Source: Candidatus Latescibacterota bacterium
Lineage (GTDB): Bacteria; Latescibacterota; UBA2968; UBA8231
Assembly (NCBI GenBank): GCA_965248355.1
Contig: OZ252098.1
Coordinates: 1,854,423 to 1,918,422, forward strand
Direction of reading: 5' to 3'
DNA: 64,000 nt
Part shown: positions 7,905 to 16,019 of the stretch, piece by piece
Layout: the number at the start of each line of letters is the position of its first letter
Numbering within the stretch: the stretch's first letter is position 1
The notes under the pieces: model-generated
Seen by the model: the letters and a program-made list of their open reading frames with translations, nothing else
Database searches by the model: none
What the model was told of the DNA's origin: nothing
Program-made: the position numbers and the translations under genes

Positions 7905-10858
7905 GATCGGGACTCCTTTTCCGGCGCCTCGGCCGGCGTGGCCGGCACCGCCCAGAGGGTGACCGTGACCTCGTCTGAAAGCCGGCGCCAGCGCTCGTCG
8001 GCGGTGCGCACGACCGCGGTCCAGCCGTTGTCGGCGGACGGGCTCTGGCGGATCTCGTAGTAGCCGCTCCCCTCCGTCTCCAGGGCGAAGCGCCAGCCCC
8101 CTTCCTCGGGCACGGGTCCGTGGACCTCGGTGGTCACCTGCTCGGCCTGGCGGCCGTGCAACCAGCTGTACCTCAGGCCCTCGGCATTGTCGTAGTGGAT
8201 CTCGTAGATCCCCCCGCCGTAGCTCGAGCGCCAGGTGAAGAGGCGCACGCCGCGGTCCCTCTCGCGCAGGGGATCCTCGGCCGGCGGCGGGATCGGCCCC
8301 CGCTCGAGCAGGTCCGACAGCGCCTGCAGGGCCTGCCTCTCCAGACGCCGGGCCGCCCGCAGGCGGACCCTGGCCCTCGCAGGATCGATCCTCGTCCCGT
8401 CCGCTTCTCCCGCGAACACGCCGAGGTCGCGCTGCAGGCCGCCGGAATCCTCGTCGAGCTCGTCCGCCACCCTCTGGTAGGCCGTCCCCGCGGCGTGGAG
8501 CAGGTCGCGCCGGGGCCCGGGACTCTCGCGGCCGGCGGCGGCAAGGAGGAACCGCGCCGCCCTTCTTCGAGCCTCGATCAGGGGCGGCAGGTCCCCCGAG
8601 CCCATCCCCGCGAGCCGGTCCCGCTCGCCGTTAGCTGCGAGCCACTCCTCCGTCCACGGGAGCCGCTCCCAGTCCCGGACCCAGGAATCCCAGGCGTGGA
8701 GCCCGGCCGGCCGCCGCTGCACGCCCCATGGCTCCGGCTGGTCTTCGGTCCAGATGGTCAGACCCATCTCCAGGGCCAGGGCGGCGACACTGTCCACGAG
8801 GGCGCCTTCGGCCAGGGGTTCTCCGGCCTTCTCCACCACCAGGATGGGACAGTTGCGCCAGAGGCGGTCGGGATAGCGGGCCCACCACTGGTCCCCGACG
8901 AGGCGCCATCCCTCTTCCTCCGGCCCAAGCTCGTAGAGCTCGATGCCCTCCGCCGTCTCGCGGTAGCCGGCGGCCACCTTCCACCGCTGGTCATCATCCC
9001 CGATCACCACCGGCAGGCCCCACGACAGCCAGCCCTTGATCTCCTTGAGGCTCTCCCGCGCCTTGAAGCCGCTGGAGAGGCTGTAACCCAGGCCGAGCCA
9101 TTCGAGCATGCGCGGGGGCTCGGGACCGTACCTCGGCCACCCGACCGGGGAGTACGGACTCGAGTACGCGCCGGACCAGAACGGGGGCCCGCTCAGGGTC
9201 GCCAGGGTGAGGCTGTCGAGATCGGCCCGCCGCAGCCCGGCGGCGTCGGCCGCGGCTCCGAGCAGGCTCTCGGTGGTGGGCCGCGGAGGTTGCCGGAGGA
9301 GGACCGAGTCCGGGGCGGACAGGGCCGCCTCGAGGGGCTCGCCCCTCCCGAGATCCCCCACCCTCTCCTCGGAGAACCAGCCGTCGTAGATGTCCTCGGA
9401 GCGAACCCTCGCCGCCGGCGACAGGGGATCGGCGCCGGTGACGCTGTAACGGACGCCCGGATAGCGGTTGCCGGCGAAGCGCGGATCGTCGATCGGCTCG
9501 CAGACGTTGAAGGAGAAGTCGAACCGCCCCCGCCTCTGGGAGGCGCGCACGAGGAGCCTGTGCTCCCCGGCCTTCAGGTGTCCCCGCAGCTGCTCCTGCC
9601 CCAGCATGTGGCGGCGGCGGCCGTCGAACTCGTAGAGCGGCTCTCCGTCGATCCAGACGGTGAGGCCCTCGTCCGAGCCGAGCCAGAAGCGCACGGAGTC
9701 CGGACGCGCCATGGTGAAGGTCGTGTACGCATACACGGCGCAGTGGATGGGATCGTCGAAGTGGGAGTCCAGGTCGATCTTGTCGTGGCCGAACCAGGTC
9801 ACCTCGGACCAGCCGCCGCGGCCGGGCTCCGGGCGCAGCCCGGCCACCTCTTCGGGGGTGAACCGGTGATCGCGTTCCAGCGGTCCGAGAAGGGTCCAGC
9901 GGCGGGGGCCCATGCCGTAGTTGGCCTGCTCCGTCCACTCGCCGCCGCCGTAGTCGGCGCCCGCCTTGACGTAGCGCATGGCCAGGGACTCCACGTCGCC
10001 GCCGAGGACGCGGATGTTCTCGTACACGCCCGGTCCCCGGCCCCGCTGCCAGGCCAGGTCGGCGAACTCGAAGTCGTCCGGATTGAAGCCCATGAGCCGG
10101 GCCACCACGAGGTCGGTGGCCACCGGGTCGGCGCCGGCGACGATCGTGTTGGCCCGCCGGGGAGTGCCGCCGAAGGCGCCGCCCTCGCTGCCGGCGATCA
10201 TGTCGACCACGTTCAGGTCGACCTCGGTCAGGCCCCACAGGTCGACCCAGCACTCGTCCTGCACCCGCGGGGCGTGGGGGATGCCGGCGGGCCGGCGCTC
10301 GGTGCCGCCGCCCTTGTTCCAGCCGTAGATGTGCCCGGGAAGGATGCCGAGGTGGTTCTTCATCGCCGCCGTTAACTTGGCGCCGTGGGTCTTGGCCACG
10401 GGACAGTTGATCCAGGCGTCGGCCTCGAGGATGGTGGCGGCGATGTCGTAGTCCGGGTCGGCGAGGCCTCCGCCGCGGGGCGCCACGCGGACGGGACGGT
10501 CGAAGTTCAGGTCGACGCACTCGATGTCGACGCCCCGCCGGCGCAGCTCGCTCACCGTGGCCCGGTGTCCGGCGACCTCGAAGCCGTCCACCAGCCAGCC
10601 CGACGGCACCTCCTGGTCGGTGCTGTCCGCCAGGGTCGGGCTCATCCAGCCGCCGGCGCCCTCGGCGATGGAGATGCGCGCGCCCGGGGCCGCCTCGTGG
10701 ACCAGGATCGCCACGGCCCGCACCACGCGGGCGTCGGTGACGATGCCGGAGCCGGAGGGGTCGGGTATGGTGACGTTCGGCTTGATCGCCACCCACCGCG
10801 CCGTATCGGGCACGAAGGCCCCCATGCCCCCCACGAGGTCGACGGCGCGGCGCACCAT
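7901..10858 (-). CDS. large multi-domain protein with N-terminal DUF362, central PA14/jelly-roll-like domain and unknown C-terminal domains; probably secreted and N-terminally longer (candidate start 11011)
   Basis: DUF362 hallmarks are VAIKPNVT...TDARVVRAVAILVHEAAPGARISIAEGAGG...NCPVAKTHGAKLTAAMKNHLGILPG...LNVVDMIAGSEGGAFGGTPRRANTIVAGADPVATDLVVARLMGFNP. The jelly-roll-like block is ...VRFWLGSDEGLTVWIDGEPLYEFDGRRRH...HRLLVRASQRRGRFDFSFNV. In frame directly upstream lies NRIAHILLVLLFSSWAAAQSFRVGVVP, a signal-peptide-like segment, with no ATG/GTG/TTG before it (see findings). Confidence 0.7.
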   Translation of the reverse strand: MVRRAVDLVGGMGAFVPDTARWVAIKPNVTIPDPSGSGIVTDARVVRAVAILVHEAAPGARISIAEGAGGWMSPTLADSTDQEVPSGWLVDGFEVAGHRATVSELRRRGVDIECVDLNFDRPVRVAPRGGGLADPDYDIAATILEADAWINCPVAKTHGAKLTAAMKNHLGILPGHIYGWNKGGGTERRPAGIPHAPRVQDECWVDLWGLTEVDLNVVDMIAGSEGGAFGGTPRRANTIVAGADPVATDLVVARLMGFNPDDFEFADLAWQRGRGPGVYENIRVLGGDVESLAMRYVKAGADYGGGEWTEQANYGMGPRRWTLLGPLERDHRFTPEEVAGLRPEPGRGGWSEVTWFGHDKIDLDSHFDDPIHCAVYAYTTFTMARPDSVRFWLGSDEGLTVWIDGEPLYEFDGRRRHMLGQEQLRGHLKAGEHRLLVRASQRRGRFDFSFNVCEPIDDPRFAGNRYPGVRYSVTGADPLSPAARVRSEDIYDGWFSEERVGDLGRGEPLEAALSAPDSVLLRQPPRPTTESLLGAAADAAGLRRADLDSLTLATLSGPPFWSGAYSSPYSPVGWPRYGPEPPRMLEWLGLGYSLSSGFKARESLKEIKGWLSWGLPVVIGDDDQRWKVAAGYRETAEGIELYELGPEEEGWRLVGDQWWARYPDRLWRNCPILVVEKAGEPLAEGALVDSVAALALEMGLTIWTEDQPEPWGVQRRPAGLHAWDSWVRDWERLPWTEEWLAANGERDRLAGMGSGDLPPLIEARRRAARFLLAAAGRESPGPRRDLLHAAGTAYQRVADELDEDSGGLQRDLGVFAGEADGTRIDPARARVRLRAARRLERQALQALSDLLERGPIPPPAEDPLRERDRGVRLFTWRSSYGGGIYEIHYDNAEGLRYSWLHGRQAEQVTTEVHGPVPEEGGWRFALETEGSGYYEIRQSPSADNGWTAVVRTADERWRRLSDEVTVTLWAVPATPAEAPEKESRS

Positions 10859-11141
10859 CTGCAGGACCTGGCCGGCGGTGAGGGAATCGGTGCGCGCCGC
10901 GGGTGCGGCCAGGGATGCGTCGTCGGAGGGGACGACGCCGACGCGGAAGGACTGGGCCGCGGCCCACGAGGAGAAGAGCAGGACCAGCAGGATGTGGGCG
11001 ATTCGGTTCAGGACGGCTCTCTGCGGTCAAAAGGTCAGGGAAAAGGAATAGCGCCCCCCTGTGAGACATTGTCAAACGGTCGCCGGCTCACGCCGCGGCC
11101 CCGTTGACCCTCCTCCGGCCGGCGCCCAATATACCCGCCTC

Positions 11142-14100
11142 ATGGAACGACATCTCGAACGCGGCGACTTCCGCCTCCTCCTCGGATGCGCCGCCCTCAC
11201 CGTCCTCGGCCTGGTGGTGGGGGCCCGCTTCTTCTACGACGCCTTCCCCGAGGCGACCATCGACTTCGCCCTCACCCGCGGCGAAGCCCGGGAGGAGGCG
11301 GCCTCCTTCCTCGAGGGCCGGGGCCTCGACCTCGACGGCTACCGGCACGCCGTCCTGTTCCGCTACGACGACGGCGCCAAGACCTTTCTCGAGCGCGAGC
11401 TCGGCCTCGAGGGGGCCAGCGCCGCCATCGACGACCCGGTGCGCCTGTGGCGCTGGAGCAACCGCTGGTTCCGGGAGCGGCAGAAGGAGGAGTTCCGGGT
11501 CGAGCACACGACCACCGGGGACCTCGTCGGCTTCCGGCACCTGATCGAGGAGGAGGCCGCCGGCGACCGCCTGTCCCAGCCCGAGGCGCGGGGCTTGGCG
11601 CAGCGGTTCCTGTCGCAGGCGATGGGCCTCGACCCGGACCGGCTGGAGTTCGTCGAGGCCGAGACCACGGAGCGGCCCAACCGCGTCGACCACGCCTTCA
11701 CCTGGAAGCTGACCGGCTTCGAGGTCTCCGGGGCCAGCTACCGCTACCGCGTCGGCGTCCAGGGCGGCGAGGTCGGTGGCTTCACCGAGTTCCTGAAGGT
11801 GCCGGAAGCCTGGGAGCGGGACTACAAGGAGCTGCGTTCCCGCAACGAGACCACCGGCCTGGTGGCCTTCCTGTTCCTCTTCGCCACCTGGCTGGCCCTG
11901 CTCGTCCGTCTCGTCCTGAGCATCCGCAACCAGGACGTGCGGTGGCGCTTCGTCCTCGTCCTCGGGGGCATCGCCTTCGTCCTCACCTTCCTGGCCAACC
12001 TCAACGCCCTGCCGGTGGCGGTGTACAACTTCGACACCACCGGCACCTTCGGCAGCTTCCTGGCCGGGGGCGTGCTGGAAGCCGCCGCCGGCGCCCTGGC
12101 CATCGCCCTGGTCATCGCCTTCGTGGTGGCCGGCGGCGAGCCGGAGTACCGCCGCTGGTACGGGGACCACATCCGCCAGTCGAAGCAGTTCCTGCTCGAG
12201 GGGATCCGCACCCGGCGCTTCCTTACGGGCAGCGTCATCGGGCTGACGATGACGGCCCTCTTCATCGCCTACCAGAGCGTGTTCTACGTCGTGGCCGGAC
12301 GGTTCGGGGCCTGGAGCCCGGCCGACATCCCCTACCGGGAGATGGTCAACACCTACGTCCCCTGGGTCGTGGTGCTCCTCATCGGGTTCCTGCCCGCCGT
12401 CTCCGAGGAGTTCACCTCCCGCGCCTTCTCCATCCCCTTCCTGCACCGGATCCTCCGGCACCGCTGGGCGGCGGTGCTCATCTCCGCCGCCATCTGGGGG
12501 TTCGCCCACGCCGGCTATCCGCAGCAGCCCTTCTGGATCCGCGGCCTGGAGGTGGGGCTGGCAGGAGTCGCCGTCGGCTACGTCTTCGTGCGCTGGGGGC
12601 TGCTGCCGGTCCTGGTCTGGCACTACACGATCGACGCCTTCTACACGGCCCTGATCCTGCTGCGCTCCAGCGACCCCTACTTCGTGCTCTCCGCCGCCCT
12701 GTCGGTGGGCCTCCTGCTGCTGCCCCTCGGGGCGGCGGTGGTCCTCTACCTGCGGCGGGGGTCCTTCGTCGACCCCGGGCCGCTGCTGAACCAGGAGGAC
12801 AGCCCGCCCCTCGAAGAGGTGCGCCCGGACCCGCCCGCAGAGCCGGGACCCGGCGACGGGACCCCTCCCGAGGCCTCCGCCTACCGGCCGCTGAGCCGTG
12901 CCCGGCTCGCCGTCGCCGCCGCGGCCGTCCTTGCGGCGTTGTCGGTCTTCGCCCTCCAGAAGCCGGAACTGGCCCCGAAGGTCGACTACGGCCTGACCTC
13001 CGGGGCGGCCCTCGCCGAGGGCCGCCGGCACCTGTCCGCCCTGGGCGTCGACGTCGACTCCTGGCGCACGGTGGTGACCCAGGAGACCCCCTGGAGCTGG
13101 ACCGCCGTCGAGTACCGCGACGAGCGTGCCGGCCCGGCCATGGCCTCGGAGCCCTACAAGGGCGCTCTGGCGCCCTCTCTGTGGCGGGTCCGCTTCTTCC
13201 AGCCCGGGGAGAAGGAGGAGTGGTCGGTCCTGCTGCGCCCGGAGGACGGCGAGGTCTACGAGGTCCGCCACCAACTTGCCGAGGAGGCGCCGGGCGACAG
13301 TCTGTCCGAGGAGGAGGCGATGGCCGTGGCCCTGGACCACATGCGCGCCTTCGGCCTGGATCCGTCCTCCTTCACGCTCAAGGAGGCCTCCGCCGAGGAC
13401 CTGCCCGGGCGCCGCGACCACTGGTTCGAGTGGGAGGCGAAGGAGGGCGACCGGCGCAACCTCGACGAGGCCAGGTTCCGCTGCCGGGTGCACGTGGCCG
13501 GAGACCAGGCCGCCGGCCTGCACCGCTACATCAAGCTGCCCGAGGACTGGCTGCGGGAGCGCCGCCAGGGCTCCTGGTGGCGCACGACCTTGGAGTGGAC
13601 ACCCGCCGCCGTGGGCATGGCCGCGGCCGTGCACCTGCTGGTGCTCCTCGTGCAGCACATCCGCTCGGGAGCCCTGGCCTGGCGGCGGCCGTTCCGGCTC
13701 GGGCTCTTCGCAGCCGTGGTCTTCGCCCTCGCCCAGGTGAACGGGCTGCCCTCCTTCTACGGAGCCTACGCCACCGAGGTCCCCCTCACCCTCTACATGG
13801 TCATCCGCCTCGTGGGCTTTCTGTTCTCCGTGGTCACCGTCGGGCTTCTCGTGGCCGTGGCCGCCGGACTCTGCGGCTCCCTCTACCCGGCGGCCGAGGA
13901 CCGCATGGGCCGGACCGGCCTGCGCCTGCAACTGCGCGACGCCGTGCCCCTCGCCGCCCTCGCCGTCGCCGGGAGACTGGCCCTGGACCGCTTCTCGGGG
14001 ATCCTCGCCGCCGCCCTCCCCGCGGGGGCTTCCCCGCCCTCCCCCGAGATCCCGGAGGTCGGCTCCTGGGCGCCCGCCCTGGGCGGTCTCCTGGGCGCCG

Positions 14101-14555
14101 TGATGAGCGCGTTGCTCCTGCCCCTGGCCGCCGCCGTCCTCGTGTACTACGTCGTCCGCGTCCTCCGCCGCCCGGCGGTGGTGATCCTCGTCCTGCTCGC
14201 ATGCGGGGGGGCCCTGGCCGGCGCCGAGGCCCACCGGCCGGCCGAGTTCCTCTACGACCTGGCCTGGTTCGCCCTGACCGCCGCGCTGCTGGCCGCCGCC
14301 GTGTACTGGTTCTTCCGCGACAACGTCGCCGCTTACGCCCTCACCGGCTTCCTCTTCGCCGCCGCGGAGGGCGGCCTCGGCCTGCTGGATCAGTCGGCCT
14401 ATGCCGCCCAGGGCTGGGTGATGCTCGTCGGCGGCGCGGCTTTCCTGGCCGGCCTGTGGCTGCTGTCCGACGGGAGCGCCCCTCGTGGCGAGCTGGCCGG
14501 GGACCATCCCGCCCCTTCGGCCGAAGACCCGCCGGACCCGCCGCAAGGACCCTGA
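11142..14555 (+). CDS. giant CPBP-family (CAAX/Abi-type) intramembrane metalloprotease with internal duplication (1138 aa from ATG 11142; GTG 11061 possible)
   Basis: Catalytic motifs sit in the first half: VSEEFTSRAFSIPFL (EExxxR), AIWGFAHAGY (FxxxH), HYTIDAFY (HxxxD/N). There are two hydrophobic multi-TM blocks, each preceded by a similar soluble domain (see findings). The stop TGA at 14553-14555 overlaps the ATG of the next gene. Confidence 0.8.
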   Translation: MERHLERGDFRLLLGCAALTVLGLVVGARFFYDAFPEATIDFALTRGEAREEAASFLEGRGLDLDGYRHAVLFRYDDGAKTFLERELGLEGASAAIDDPVRLWRWSNRWFRERQKEEFRVEHTTTGDLVGFRHLIEEEAAGDRLSQPEARGLAQRFLSQAMGLDPDRLEFVEAETTERPNRVDHAFTWKLTGFEVSGASYRYRVGVQGGEVGGFTEFLKVPEAWERDYKELRSRNETTGLVAFLFLFATWLALLVRLVLSIRNQDVRWRFVLVLGGIAFVLTFLANLNALPVAVYNFDTTGTFGSFLAGGVLEAAAGALAIALVIAFVVAGGEPEYRRWYGDHIRQSKQFLLEGIRTRRFLTGSVIGLTMTALFIAYQSVFYVVAGRFGAWSPADIPYREMVNTYVPWVVVLLIGFLPAVSEEFTSRAFSIPFLHRILRHRWAAVLISAAIWGFAHAGYPQQPFWIRGLEVGLAGVAVGYVFVRWGLLPVLVWHYTIDAFYTALILLRSSDPYFVLSAALSVGLLLLPLGAAVVLYLRRGSFVDPGPLLNQEDSPPLEEVRPDPPAEPGPGDGTPPEASAYRPLSRARLAVAAAAVLAALSVFALQKPELAPKVDYGLTSGAALAEGRRHLSALGVDVDSWRTVVTQETPWSWTAVEYRDERAGPAMASEPYKGALAPSLWRVRFFQPGEKEEWSVLLRPEDGEVYEVRHQLAEEAPGDSLSEEEAMAVALDHMRAFGLDPSSFTLKEASAEDLPGRRDHWFEWEAKEGDRRNLDEARFRCRVHVAGDQAAGLHRYIKLPEDWLRERRQGSWWRTTLEWTPAAVGMAAAVHLLVLLVQHIRSGALAWRRPFRLGLFAAVVFALAQVNGLPSFYGAYATEVPLTLYMVIRLVGFLFSVVTVGLLVAVAAGLCGSLYPAAEDRMGRTGLRLQLRDAVPLAALAVAGRLALDRFSGILAAALPAGASPPSPEIPEVGSWAPALGGLLGAVMSALLLPLAAAVLVYYVVRVLRRPAVVILVLLACGGALAGAEAHRPAEFLYDLAWFALTAALLAAAVYWFFRDNVAAYALTGFLFAAAEGGLGLLDQSAYAAQGWVMLVGGAAFLAGLWLLSDGSAPRGELAGDHPAPSAEDPPDPPQGP

Positions 14556-16006
14556 TGCACCTGCTCGTCACCGGGGCCTCGGGCCGCGTCGGCGCCTGTG
14601 TGGTGCGCGGCCTGCGGGCCCGGGGCCACCGCGTGCGCGCCTTCGACCGCCGGGCCCCCGCCGACGGCGCCGGCGGGGAGAGCCTGCAGGGGGACCTGGG
14701 GGACTTCGATCAGGTCCGCCGCGCCGTGGACGGCGTCGATGCCGTAATCCACCTCGGGGGCAATGCCGGCGAGAAGCCCTGGCCGGAGATCGGCAACAAC
14801 AACTACATCGGCTGCTACCACGTCTTCGAGGCGGCGCGGGAGCTGGGCGTGCGGCGCGTGGCCTTCGCCAGCCGCGCCGGCCTGCTGCGTCTCTACCCGG
14901 ACGGCGTGCAGCGCCGGGTGGACATGCTCCCCCGTCCGGTGGGCCTCTACGACAACAGCAAGCTCTTCGGCGAGATGCTGGCGTCCATGTACGCCTCGCG
15001 CTTCGGCATGGAGTGCGTCTGCGTCCGCATCGGCAACTTCAGCCCCGACCGCGACGAGCCCGGGCACCCGCACGAGCTGAGCCACGGCGACTGCGTCCAC
15101 CTCTTCGAGCAGGCCGTCACCCATCCGGGGGTGGGCTTCGAGATCGTCTTCGGCGTCTCGGGGAGCGACTGGCCGCTCTACGACCTGGACCACGGCCGGC
15201 AGGCCATCGGCTACGATCCGCAGGACGTCTCCCGCGTGCCGGAGGACAAGCGCGTCTTCCGCGGCGCGGACGGGCCGGCGGAGCCCCTGTCGGAGGCGCC
15301 GCCCCGGCGGGTGCTGATCACCGGCGCCGCGGGGAGCGTGGGACGGGTCCTGGCCCGCGGCCTGCGCCGGCGCTACGAGATCCGCGGCATGGACCGGGCG
15401 GAGATGCCGGAGCTCTCCGACACCGTGGTGGCTCCCCTCGGCGACTTCGAGGCCTGCCTGCGGGCCACGCGGGACGTGGACGCCGTCGTCCACCTGGGAG
15501 GCACCCCCAGCGGGGGGTCGCCGTGGGAGGAGGTGTGGTCCTCCAACTTCGTCGGCACCTGGAACATCATGGAGGCGGTGAGGCGCAACCGGGTGCCCCG
15601 CGTCGCCTACGCCAGCCGCGCCGGTATCCTCTCCCCCTACCCGCCGGGTCTGCGGCGCACCGTCGACCTCTACCCGAGGCCGGAGAGCTACTACACGATC
15701 AGCAAGATCTTCGGAGAGGGCCTGGGCCACACCTGGGCCTGGCGCCACGGCACCCGCTTCGTCGGCGTGCGCATCGGCAACTTCAGCCGCGAGCGCGACC
15801 AGCCGGCGCACCCCCACCAACTGGGGCACGAGGACGCGGTGCGCGTCTTCGAGGCGGCCATCGCCCACACGGGGGCGACGTACGAGATCGTCTTCGGGGT
15901 ATCGGACAGCGACTGGTCCCTCTACGACGTCGACCACGGCCGGCGGGCGATCGGCTACGAGCCCGCCCAGCGCAGCGTCGTCCCGGAGTCGGAGCGGACG
16001 GGCTAA
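14555..16006 (+). CDS. tandem double NAD-dependent epimerase/dehydratase (SDR-fold) fusion protein, 483 aa
   Basis: There are two Rossmann starts, MHLLVTGASGRVGACVVRGLRARGHRV and RVLITGAAGSVGRVLARGLRRRYEIRG, each followed by DAVIHLGG/DAVVHLGG and YxxSK-like motifs (YDNSKLFGE / YTISKIFGE). The two halves are ~45% identical to each other. The ATG overlaps the CPBP stop (TGATG). Confidence 0.8.
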   Translation: MHLLVTGASGRVGACVVRGLRARGHRVRAFDRRAPADGAGGESLQGDLGDFDQVRRAVDGVDAVIHLGGNAGEKPWPEIGNNNYIGCYHVFEAARELGVRRVAFASRAGLLRLYPDGVQRRVDMLPRPVGLYDNSKLFGEMLASMYASRFGMECVCVRIGNFSPDRDEPGHPHELSHGDCVHLFEQAVTHPGVGFEIVFGVSGSDWPLYDLDHGRQAIGYDPQDVSRVPEDKRVFRGADGPAEPLSEAPPRRVLITGAAGSVGRVLARGLRRRYEIRGMDRAEMPELSDTVVAPLGDFEACLRATRDVDAVVHLGGTPSGGSPWEEVWSSNFVGTWNIMEAVRRNRVPRVAYASRAGILSPYPPGLRRTVDLYPRPESYYTISKIFGEGLGHTWAWRHGTRFVGVRIGNFSRERDQPAHPHQLGHEDAVRVFEAAIAHTGATYEIVFGVSDSDWSLYDVDHGRRAIGYEPAQRSVVPESERTG

Positions 16007-16019
16007 TCCTCGACGGGGG

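Noticed and set aside
11186-16006. 1606-aa ORF on the plus strand and many other very long ORFs (for example 11088-14546 minus, 8120-10375 plus, 8994-11075 minus, 4668-6350 minus, 61496-63391 minus, 52656-54800 plus)
   Set aside because: They are Arg/Pro/Gly-rich with no recognisable motifs and overlap well-supported genes. This is the usual out-of-frame or antisense artefact of ~70% GC DNA. Only the in-frame tail of 11186-16006 (14555-16006) is a real gene.
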